Both the position numbers and the translations under genes were made by a program. A stretch of 33,525 nucleotides of DNA from Octopus sinensis. Lineage: Eukaryota. Positions 10,937 through 20,360 of the stretch are shown here, one piece after another (the stretch's first letter is position 1; the number at the start of each line of letters is the position of its first letter). The stretch lies in the NCBI RefSeq assembly GCF_006345805.1, contig NW_021829929.1, forward strand, positions 1-33,525, read 5' to 3'. The notes under the pieces were generated by a model. The model made no database searches. It saw only the letters and a list, made by a program, of their open reading frames with translations, and was not told where the DNA came from.

Positions 10937-12740
10937 AAATAAACTTAATCTAACTATTAACAGAAATATTCACACACAGCAAAAACTATATCAGTATGAT
11001 ATCTGTGGTAAATCATTCTCTCAAAACTGTCACATAACTAAACACAAACTTACTCATACACGAGAGAAACCATATCATTGTGATATCTGCAGTAAATCAT
11101 TCATTCGCAGAAGTGCTGTAACTGTACATAAACATATTCATACAGGTGAGAAACCATATCACTGTGATATCTGTGGTAAATCATTCTCCATGAGAGTTAA
11201 CTTAGCTAAACACAAACTTACTCATACAGGTGAGAAACCTTATCAGTGTGATATTTGTGATAAATCATTCGCTCGAAGAAGTGCTGTAACTGTACATAAA
11301 CGTATTCATACAGGCGATAAACCATATCATTGTGATATCTGTGGTAAATCATTTTCTAATTGTAGTGGTTTAACATGTCACAGACGTATTCATACAGGAG
11401 AGAAACCATATCACTGTGATATCTGTGGTAAATCATTCTCCATGAAATTTAACTTGGATACACACAAACTTACTCACACTGGGGAGAAACCATATCAGTG
11501 TGATATCTGCGGTAAATCATTCTCTCGAAATGGTGCCTTAGCTAAACACAGACATACTCATACAGGCAAGAAACCTTATCAGTGTGATATCTGTGGTAAA
11601 TTATTTTCTTTGAAAGGTAACTTAACTACACACAAACTTATTCATACAGGTGAGAAACCTTATCAGTGTGATATCTGTGGTAAATCATTCTCTGTGAGAG
11701 TTAACTTAGTGACACACAAAGTTATTCATACAGGGGAGAAACCTTATCAGTGTGATATCTGTGGTAAATCATTCACTCAAAGAAGTACTGTAACTATACA
11801 TAAACGTATTCATACAGGAGAAAAACCATATCACTGTGATATCTGTAGTAGATCATTCTCTCGATGCGGTTACTTAGTTACGCACAAACTTACTCATACA
11901 GGCGACAAACCTTACCAGTGTGATATCTGTGGTAAATCATTCTCTCGAAATGGTGACTTAGCTAAACACAAACATACTCACACTGGCGAGAAACCCCATC
12001 AGTGTGATATCTGTGGTAAATCATTCTCCTTGCAATGTAATTTAAGTAAGCACAGACTTACTCATACAGGGGAGAAACCTTACCAGTGTGATATCTGTGG
12101 TAAATCCTTCTCTCGAAATAGTGACTTAGCTACCCACAAATTTACTCATACAGGAGAAAAGCCATATTCCTGTGATATCTGTGGTAAATCATTCACTCAC
12201 AGAAGTGCTGTAACTGTACACAAACGTACTCATACAGGTGAGAAACCATATCAATGTGATATCTGTGATAAATCATTCTCTCAAAGTGGTGACTTATCCA
12301 CTCACATGTTTATCCATACAGGTGAGAAACCTTACCACTGTGATATCTGTGGGAAATCATTCACTCTAAAGGTTGTCTTAACTAAACACAAACGTACTCA
12401 TACAGGTGAAAAGCCATATCACTGTGATATCTGCAGTAAATCATTCATTCAAAAGGGACAATTAAGTAGACACAAATGTATTCCTTCAGGAATGAAATCA
12501 CATCATTGTGACACCTGTGGTGAATCATTCTCTGTAAAAGCTAAATTAACTAATCACAAACTTACTCATACAGGTGAAAAGCCATATTATTGTGATATCT
12601 GTGGTAAATCATTCACTCAAAAGAACCATTTAAGTAGACACAAAGGTATTCATTCAGGGGTGAAGTCACATCATTGTGACACCTGTGGTGAATCATTCTC
12701 TGAAATAGATCACTTGACCACTCACAGACTCATTCATTAG
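10911..12740 (+). CDS. Poly-C2H2 zinc-finger protein, copy 1 main array (20 fingers, one with His->Pro); possibly a frameshifted pseudogene
   Basis: Repeating CxxC-12-HxxxH fingers with TGEKPY linkers. The frame opens on GTG; the first in-frame ATG is at 11190, inside a finger. Confidence 0.8.
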   Translation: MISVVNHIKNKLNLTINRNIHTQQKLYQYDICGKSFSQNCHITKHKLTHTREKPYHCDICSKSFIRRSAVTVHKHIHTGEKPYHCDICGKSFSMRVNLAKHKLTHTGEKPYQCDICDKSFARRSAVTVHKRIHTGDKPYHCDICGKSFSNCSGLTCHRRIHTGEKPYHCDICGKSFSMKFNLDTHKLTHTGEKPYQCDICGKSFSRNGALAKHRHTHTGKKPYQCDICGKLFSLKGNLTTHKLIHTGEKPYQCDICGKSFSVRVNLVTHKVIHTGEKPYQCDICGKSFTQRSTVTIHKRIHTGEKPYHCDICSRSFSRCGYLVTHKLTHTGDKPYQCDICGKSFSRNGDLAKHKHTHTGEKPHQCDICGKSFSLQCNLSKHRLTHTGEKPYQCDICGKSFSRNSDLATHKFTHTGEKPYSCDICGKSFTHRSAVTVHKRTHTGEKPYQCDICDKSFSQSGDLSTHMFIHTGEKPYHCDICGKSFTLKVVLTKHKRTHTGEKPYHCDICSKSFIQKGQLSRHKCIPSGMKSHHCDTCGESFSVKAKLTNHKLTHTGEKPYYCDICGKSFTQKNHLSRHKGIHSGVKSHHCDTCGESFSEIDHLTTHRLIH

Positions 12741-13052
12741 GAGAGAAACCATGTCATTGTGATATCTGTGGTGAATGGTTCTCTCAAATAAATCTCTTAG
12801 ATAAACACAGACACACATTGATATGGAAGAGAAGCCATGTAACTGATTCTGTGGTATATCCTTCTCTGAAAAAAGACAATTAACTACAGATATATTTCTC
12901 ATCATAGAGAAGAGTGACTGTATCAATATCAAAAGTCATTGTTGAAAGGAATATCTTATATAACAATAAATATATCCAGATGATAAAGAAGATATAACAA
13001 AACACTATATTTTTTATTTATACTCATCAATATCTACCATTCTGATATTTTT

Positions 13053-13058
13053 AATAAA
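13053..13058 (+). terminator. Putative polyadenylation signal, copy 1
   Basis: AATAAA conserved at the equivalent position in copy 2 (15720-15725). Confidence 0.6.
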
Positions 13059-13073
13059 AGCTGTTTTTCATAA

Positions 13074-13350
13074 TCTCTTATATAAAATCCGTTCTGTCTG
13101 TGTGTCTTCTTGGATTTCAGGCATCCTCCATCCGATTGCACTTAAATTTGATTTGTAGATACCGACTGTATCAGGGCGTGTATTAGTCTTTGAAAAAATT
13201 ACAAAAATCGTTTCCAGGTGAGAAAAAATTACAATAATATATTCCAGGTGAGAATGCGATCAATAAAGCCGTTTTTGTCCTGCTTTTCTTCCGTCAACCT
13301 GTACATAACTGCACCTTCCATTATTTGTTGTTTTTGTCCTGCTTAAAGGC
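13074..13350 (+). mobile_element. Helitron-like 5' end fragment
   Basis: Starts TC (TCTCTTATATAAAATCCGTTCTGTCTGTGTGTC) right after an A; the paralogous empty site in copy 2 reads CATAA|TATTC (A|T). No 3' hairpin or CTRR found. Confidence 0.5.
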
Positions 13351-14021
13351 ACGTTTCTTTCCTGCCAAGCTTACTGTTTAAACCATGTTTGTGTTCTCCC
13401 AGTCAACAGCCTTATAATTACTGGTACTTTAAACTCTTCGGTTGCATATTTTTGTGAATAAAATCGTTTTTCTTTGGAATAGAAAAAAAGTCTATCTTTA
13501 TTTCTTCTTTTGCTGGTGTCCCTAATTTAGGTTAAATCAGTGTTTCTCAAAGGGGAGGCCTATGGAGCGGTCGGACAAGTTATCTTGAGAAAATTTGGTT
13601 TAAATGTTTGACAACTCAGCACATTCCATTATACGGTGGGGGTGCATTTTGCTCGTGCATATATATATATATATATATAAAGTAGACTGTGTGATTTCGT
13701 TGTCTTCCTTCCTTCTACCATATACGGGTTGCAAATACTGTTGTTTGTGGAGACTTCTTTTTGTAGTAATAGTAATAGTAGCCTATTTGGCTGCTATTTC
13801 TAATATTTTCGGTATGTGGTTTAAGCAACTTGTTGCAAATAACCCTTTATTATAATTATATATATATTAATGTCCCAGCGGGTTCTCATAAATTTATCAT
13901 GCTTTTCCATCTAGATTTACCTCCAGCCAACCCATTTGCATGCATCGTTTTTGTCCTGCTTTTCTTTTGTCATAACTGCACCTTCCACTTTTTTGTTGTT
14001 TTTTTGTACTGCTTAAAGGCA

Positions 14022-14261
14022 GTATGAATATGTCCCTCGTTTAAGAAATAGATTGGGTTTATTTACATTTGTGGAAAAAAAAAAGAAAATTACCCTTCCC
14101 CCCAACCCTAACCCTAAAACAGATTGAAATGCAATAGATCGATACTAGGGTCATAATTATGGGTGACAATTTCATATGACACCACTAGAAAAAAACTGCC
14201 GTCAAACCGAAAAGATCCCTTTTTCTTCAGAAATGTAAATAAACCCAATCTGTTTCTTAAA
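14022..14261 (+). mobile_element. MITE-like family 1 right half plus short inverted internal piece
   Basis: 14022-14218 matches 5911-6098; 14219-14261 is an inverted copy of its interior; abuts the start of the zinc-finger duplication. Confidence 0.75.
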
Positions 14262-14704
14262 TGAGATTTATCATTGTAGCAGTAAATGTCGCATATAAAT
14301 GAACCCCAAGCCTTTGTCATAACCAAAGCTACACTCTGTCTTAAACTGTTGTTTCTCTCTTATTTCAGAATATCAGAGGACATTGGCATCAGAGGAAATT
14401 TACTGCAGAAGCGTCATCAATATTTATCATATTTTGAAGACGATGTTACACAGAACTGGATATAAGAACCCTGTTTATGTAAATTAACTGTGAATTTCAG
14501 TAAAATATTTCTTCTGAGTGACATTATTGGTGAAATTTCTTGGATTCACTCTGAAATGAGTACAACCTAAATTTGGATTCTGAATAAACTTGGATAAATT
14601 TACAAAGACATTTGCAACATCTTAAGATATCAGCAAAGCTTATATTTGATAAAAATATGGCAGTTGTAACATTTGTTAGGAATAAAATATAGAAACAAGA
14701 AGAA

Positions 14705-15397
14705 ATGAAATTTCCAGACCATTTTGTTGAAGAAAAAATTACAGAAAGAGGAATGTGTGAGAATCTTGGAGTTTTGTTAGTTTTAGCTGCAGAGATGCCA
14801 AAAGAAAGAGGAAAATCTGTATACGACTGTGATATCTGTGGTAAATCATTCTCCATGAAATTTAACTTGGATACACACAGACTTACTCACACAGGGGAGA
14901 AACCATATCAGTGTGATATCTGCGGTAAAACATTTGCTCGAAGAAGTGCTGTAACTGTACATAAACGTATTCATACAGGCGAGAAACCATTTCAGTGTGA
15001 TATCTGTGGTAAATCATTCTCTCGAGATGGTAACTTAGCTGCTCACAAGGTTATCCATACAGGAGAGAAACCATTTCAGTGTGATATCTGTGGTAAATCA
15101 TTCACTCACAAAAGTGGTGTAATTGTACATAAACGTACTCATACAGGTGAAAAGCCATATCAATGTGATATCTGTGATAAATCATTCTCTCAAAGTGGTG
15201 ACTTATCCACTCACAGATTTATCCATACAGGTGAGAAACCATACAACTGTGATATCTGCAGTAAATCTTTCACTCAAAAGGGACATTTAAGTAGACACAA
15301 AGGTATTCATTCAGGGGTGAAGTCACATCATTGTGACACCTGTGGTGAATCATTCTCTGAAATAGATCACTTGACCACTCACAGACTCATTCATTAG
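14705..15397 (+). CDS. C2H2 zinc-finger protein, copy 2 (7 fingers, intact ORF; family-type start probably ATG 14795)
   Basis: Open frame of 230 aa with 7 C2H2 fingers; flanks homologous to copy 1 (~10272-13073 vs ~14276-15740). Confidence 0.85.
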   Translation: MKFPDHFVEEKITERGMCENLGVLLVLAAEMPKERGKSVYDCDICGKSFSMKFNLDTHRLTHTGEKPYQCDICGKTFARRSAVTVHKRIHTGEKPFQCDICGKSFSRDGNLAAHKVIHTGEKPFQCDICGKSFTHKSGVIVHKRTHTGEKPYQCDICDKSFSQSGDLSTHRFIHTGEKPYNCDICSKSFTQKGHLSRHKGIHSGVKSHHCDTCGESFSEIDHLTTHRLIH

Positions 15398-15719
15398 GAG
15401 AGAAACCATGTCATTGTGATATCTGTGGTGAATGGTTCTCTCAAATAAATCTCTTAGATAAACACAGACACACATTGATATGGAAGAGAAACCATCTAAC
15501 TGATTCTGTGGTATATCCTTCTCTGAAAAAAGACAATTAACTACAGATATCTTTATCATCATAGAGAAGAGTGACTGTATCAATATCAAAAGTCATTTGT
15601 TGAAAGGAATATCTTATATAACAATAAATGTATCCAGATGATAAAGAAGATATAACAGCATGTTATAACAACTTACTAACACTATATTTTTATATATCCT
15701 TATCAATTCTGATATTTTT

Positions 15720-15725
15720 AATAAA
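15720..15725 (+). terminator. Putative polyadenylation signal, copy 2
   Basis: AATAAA in conserved 3' context GATATTTTTAATAAAAGCTG. Confidence 0.6.
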
Positions 15726-15974
15726 AGCTGTTCTTTCATAATATTCATATATATATTCCATTTAAGATAATTTCTGAATGAATAAAAAATTCTATTAATG
15801 TTTGTCCAATTATTACAAAACTGTTTCTCAGAGTTTCATGTTCTTGTCTGTTGGACAGTTGGAATGAAATGTTTCCATCGCACCTGTCTCTTGAATGCAA
15901 ACCTGACACTCAGATTAACAGTTTTGTGATAAATTTGCAGCTTTAATAAAAGTATGTATGTATGTATATATATA

Positions 15975-16180
15975 TGGCCGTCCCCATGATAGATCGTTAG
16001 CCACTACACACATCTTTTTCCCTCCTTGTTTTTTCTGTAGAAGAGCGTAGGCTCGAAACGTAAAAGACTTTTTCTATTCCTAAGCATTATACTAATACAA
16101 CTGTTTGTTTTGTACACCACCTGTCTTCGTCTTTTGATTATTTTCGTAAACTCTCTCTCTCTATATATAGATATATATGT
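15975..16180 (+). mobile_element. Penelope-like terminal repeat remnant with minimal hammerhead-like motif
   Basis: CTGTAGAA-GAGC-GTAG-GCTC-GAAAC-GTA at 16035-16062; flanked by (TA)n. No RT or GIY-YIG coding sequence seen. Confidence 0.45.
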
Positions 16181-16190
16181 GTATATGTAA

Positions 16191-16455
16191 TCACGTGACC
16201 AACCAGACCATCAGATGTAGTTGCATATCGCTGGTCACAATGTGTTCGCATTGTTTTAGCCTTCGAAGGACGCCACCCCGCTGGCTAAGCGAGCAGGCCG
16301 ACAGAAGAGTGGGAGAAGAGTACAGCAGGGATCACCCCCCCCCTGCCAGAGCCTCGTGGAGCTTTTAGGTGTTTTCGCTCAATAAACACTCACAACGCCC
16401 GGTCTGGGAATCGAAACCGCGGTCCTGCGAGTCCACTAGGCCATTGCGCCTCCAC
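16191..16455 (-). mobile_element. tRNA-derived SINE related to family C
   Basis: Minus-strand head GTGGAGGCGCAATGGCCTAGTGG...GGTTTCGATTCCCAGACCGGGCG, shared with 31301-31450. Confidence 0.8.
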
Positions 16456-16871
16456 ATATATATATAATCAAAATAAGCAACAAGAATGACTCCGGTAATG
16501 TGGTACAATTGTTTTGCACTACATCATTTTATTAAATGCTGTAAGTATTACAACAGATTTAAGATGTTGAGTACTCATCAGCCAATTATATAGGTTTTTC
16601 CATTAATATAAAAATTTTCAAATCAAATGGCAACATTATAGAGAAGGTAGATATACAAAGATGTGGATTTAAATTTTAAGAACATATGAGGTGGTGAAGT
16701 CCAACCACTTTTAATAAAATGTTGTAGTGCGAAACAATTGTACCAAATTACCAGAGTCATTCTTGTTGCTTATTTTGATTATAATCACCCCGCAAATTTT
16801 TATGGATAACACCATACAAAATTCTGGTGCATAAGTACCATATTCATTTGAATCTAAATTTTTGCTGAACT

Positions 16872-16907
<36 letters not shown>

Positions 16908-16991
16908 ATATTAATAAATAAAATAAAACATATATGTACGTACCTACCTCCACATGTACATATAATATATATATATATGTATACATAAAGA

Positions 16992-17272
16992 CTATGGTCT
17001 TTTCCCAAAGGCCCTTCAATTCTAGCCTTGCCTACCACACCTGAAATTTCTCCTTCAGCTTTGGTAGTGACCCAGCTATAAGCGAAGGTCACCAACACAG
17101 GAGACCCTAGGGTCAGCTTGTCAAGAATTCCTGCTATTGCCCAGAGGACTAATGAATAAGAGTGGGCTGAGGACTGAACCTTGGTGAACAGCCTACTTCT
17201 ACCAGGAACTCTCCACTATACTCGTTACCAACCCTCATCTCACCGACAGCATCCCTGCGCATGGCTCATAGT
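16992..17272 (-). pseudogene. Non-LTR retrotransposon (LINE, RTE-like) reverse transcriptase fragment
   Basis: Frameshifted translation AMRRDAVGEMRVGNEYSGEFLVEVG/VHQGSVLSPLLFI...IAGSLPKLKEKFQVW*ARLELKGL. Confidence 0.85.
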
Positions 17273-17651
17273 TTTCCACCCATCCCTTTTCTCCCCGAAC
17301 AAAAATAAAGGGCTTGCAGCATAAAATGGTACTATTTATGAAGAGTGTATTTCTTTATTACCCGTAAGGGTTTACATAGATGGGGACAATACAATGATTT
17401 GGGGTCATGTGGATGAAATGGAACTATTTACAGTGAAATCGAATGGATTATTTACAATGAAATGAAATTGAATGAGTTACAAGAACAAATAAAAAGGGAC
17501 ATATGAAGTGAAAAGAACAGGATAGCCGACCCCATGAGCCCTGTTATTTTAACTGAAACCCTTCGGTAAGGGATCACGGCGTGTTCATGCAAGGCCTCTC
17601 ACACCTAGCATCCGTCTTTTTTTAAATGCAGACACATTTTCTCCAGCCCCA

Positions 17652-18213
17652 CCACTATTTATGACGAGTGGTCCCTGTGCGCGCACACGCACTAGCTCGT
17701 CAAACCGGTCAGAAAAACAAGATATAAAAATAGTGTAAAAACTTCCTCTAAACGAATATGGCAAAAAAAAAAAAAAAGGCGCGCTCGCGAAAGGGGTTGG
17801 GTGGGGGAGAGGACTCGGAAAATCCACATCGTGAATCTTACGGGTCTAACCCTGGCACAAAAGTGTAATAGGTGTAAAACAATTCCTATATATATACATA
17901 CACCGGAGTAAACACATGTTAAAAAAGGTGGAAAAAAAGCGTACTCAAATACCATAAGTAGAGTAATATGCCTTATTTAAAAGCAGCAGAAATTCTAATG
18001 CTGCTACCCGGGGCTTTACGCTTCCGTTCGCCGGACAGCCCCTCCGTATTTCAAACAAAACTGTCCGACAAACGGGAACGTGAAACCCCGAGCAGCAGCT
18101 TTTGTTAAATATCCGCTGCTTTTAAACAAAGTATGGAATATAAGTAAAAAAAAAAAACGTGTCTCATAAAAACATTCTCAAACACACCGGGACCACTCTG
18201 CTTAAATAGTACC
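17652..18213. mobile_element. Composite family 2 MITE with unrelated internal cargo
   Basis: Left TIR-like ~17652-17700, right TIR-like CACCGGGACCACTCTGCTTAAATAGTACC at 18185-18213; interior holds a foldback sub-repeat and a hairpin (17973-18134). Confidence 0.55.
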
Positions 18214-18408
18214 GCACACCTTGAGGTCAGCGGTTCCTAATACCATACAAAAAAATCAGAGTATTCTTCGTCTTAATGAAAATTATGAGGGTGAAAGAAT
18301 ACTAAATAATAAAACATTCATTCGGCACCAACACTAAATAACATACTTTTGACAGATTATAAATCGCAAATATTAAGTCGAGAGAAGACAAATACGCAAA
18401 GTGTGAGA

Positions 18409-18424
18409 GGCCCTGAAAAGGGCC
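18409..18424 (-). terminator. Histone mRNA 3' stem-loop (H2A)
   Basis: GGCCCTTTTCAGGGCC on -, 38 nt after the stop codon. Confidence 0.95.
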
Positions 18425-18462
18425 GTTGATACGGATAAAGCAAAAAATGCCACCGAATTAAT

Positions 18463-18840
18463 TTACTTAGAAGCCTTCTGGGTTTTCTTGGGCAGAAGAA
18501 CAGCCTGAATGTTGGGAAGAACACCACCCTGGGCGATGGTCACTCCGGACAAAAGTTTGTTCAATTCTTCGTCGTTACGGATGGCCAACTGCAAGTGACG
18601 GGGAATGATTCTCGATTTCTTGTTATCTCTGGCAGCATTTCCTGCCAATTCCAACACCTCAGCAGCCAAATATTCCATCACAGCGGCCAAGTAGACTGGG
18701 GCTCCGGCACCGACACGTTGGGCATAATTTCCCTTACGGAGAAGACGGTGGATACGACCGACAGGGAACTGAAGTCCGGCACGGGACGAACGGGTCTTGC
18801 TCTTTCCCTTTACTTTTCCTCCTTTACCACGTCCAGACAT
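18463..18840 (-). CDS. H2A: Histone H2A (canonical, replication-dependent)
   Basis: MSGRGKGGK...[17 protein letters not shown]...[20 protein letters not shown]; intronless, 3' stem-loop. Confidence 0.99.
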   Translation of the reverse strand: MSGRGKGGKVKGKSKTRSSRAGLQFPVGRIHRLLRKGNYAQRVGAGAPVYLAAVMEYLAAEVLELAGNAARDNKKSRIIPRHLQLAIRNDEELNKLLSGVTIAQGGVLPNIQAVLLPKKTQKASK

Positions 18841-19109
18841 ATTTCAAAGTTCGACAGTAGTTCTCAGCAAAGAAGAGAGTTGGCGACTAAATACGAGGGC
18901 GGCTTTTGCCTTTAAATAGCAGTCAGGAGGCTCCAGCAGTCACAAACTGCCGAGCGAAAAAGGAGCGGGTTTATGTCACGTGATTAGACTGCTGTCAAAT
19001 TCCACCAATGAAATTGATTGGCGCGAAACGTCAGCAAGGTGCTCGGCTGAGCCTACTTGTCAATTATAAATAGCGTGGACGAGGGTTGATTAGTAGAGCA
19101 AGTGACATT
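18841..19109. promoter_or_regulatory. Bidirectional H2A/H2B promoter
   Basis: 269 bp. TATTTAAA on - (18911-18918), GTCACGTGA (18975-18983), CCAAT (19005-19009), ATTGG (19017-19021), E2F-like TTTCGCGCCA on - (19019-19028), TATAAATA (19065-19072). Confidence 0.75.
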
Positions 19110-19487
19110 ATGCCACCAGCACCAGCAACTGCTTCGAAAGGAGCCAAGAAGGCTTCCAAGGCCAAGACCTCTCGCCCTGCCGGGGACAAGAAACGTAAGA
19201 AGAAGAGGAAGGAAAGTTATTCCATCTACATCTACAAAGTGATGAAGCAAGTCCACCCGGACACTGGCATCTCCAGCAAAGCTATGTCCATCATGAACAG
19301 TTTTGTCAACGATCTGTTCGAAAGAATAGCTTCTGAATCCAGCCGCTTGGCTCACTACAACAAACGTTCGACCATCAGTAGCCGTGAGGTGCAGACTGCT
19401 GTCCGTCTTCTCCTTCCTGGTGAGTTGGCCAAACACGCCGTCTCTGAGGGTACCAAGGCCGTCACCAAATACACTAGCAGCAAATAA
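19110..19487 (+). CDS. H2B: Histone H2B (125 aa from ATG 19110)
   Basis: [11 protein letters not shown]...[27 protein letters not shown]...TKYTSSK; the track's earlier start is a TTG. Confidence 0.99.
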   Translation: MPPAPATASKGAKKASKAKTSRPAGDKKRKKKRKESYSIYIYKVMKQVHPDTGISSKAMSIMNSFVNDLFERIASESSRLAHYNKRSTISSREVQTAVRLLLPGELAKHAVSEGTKAVTKYTSSK

Positions 19488-19519
19488 ACCTGCTTCGTTT
19501 CTCTTCATCGAAGAATAAC

Positions 19520-19535
19520 GGTCCTTTTCAGGGCC
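19520..19535 (+). terminator. Histone mRNA 3' stem-loop (H2B)
   Basis: GGTCCTTTTCAGGGCC followed by ACCCA. Confidence 0.95.
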
Positions 19536-20360
19536 ACCCACATTCTCATGAAAGTTAATTCAAATTTTCTGCCGATTTGCGATCCATGTTTTTGGGGTTA
19601 ATTTCTCTAGACTTAGCGCAGGAGACAACAGCCATAGAATGGATTGGGGGAGGAAACATAATTTGTGTACATCGAAGCACAGGTATTTGTATACTCAGGC
19701 GAATATATAAACGAACATGTTTGCAAGTTTTTAATGATACTTTTTTGAAATTTAAGAAATCCCTCCTCCAACTTCAATTTTGTCTTGTCTCCCCCAGCGC
19801 TAACCTTAACCGTAATTACAGGATAGTTTGGATACTTTTGTCCGTATTTTTCCGCATATTTAGAATAAGTTAATTCCTAAAAGATTTCTGTAAAAAATGA
19901 AGGAAACGTGTGGTAGTTTAGAAATGTTGATTGTTATTTTTTTGCCAATTTATTTTGCAGATTCGAATTCACCGTAACCGAAAAAGGGGATTTGCGTCGA
20001 AGAAGTTTAAAAAGTGGGCGGTTTTGGGGTGGAGGCGAGCCCATTCATTTTTAAATATTTTAATCTATAAATTAAAACAAAACAGAAAACAGGCAAATTC
20101 TTGATACTTTTTAATTGCTCTCAGAAAAAGTTAAGGGCTTGTAACTAACAACCGTCTGGTACCTTCCTTATTTTCATATTTTAGTCATCAATAAGCAAGT
20201 AAAATTTCTTTATTATCCATACGGATTAACACAGATGGGGACAATACAATAAGCAAGTAAACAGGCCTAACGGGTGTACGAAGACCTGTGTGTAGTATTA
20301 AATGCGCCATCGTACCTCTTCCGTGTCCCCAAAAGAAGTCGGTGAGTTGGCCCGTATGAA

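Noticed and set aside
19086-19109. 8-aa N-terminal extension of H2B
   Set aside because: The track start is TTG close to the TATA box; ATG 19110 gives the canonical MPP start.
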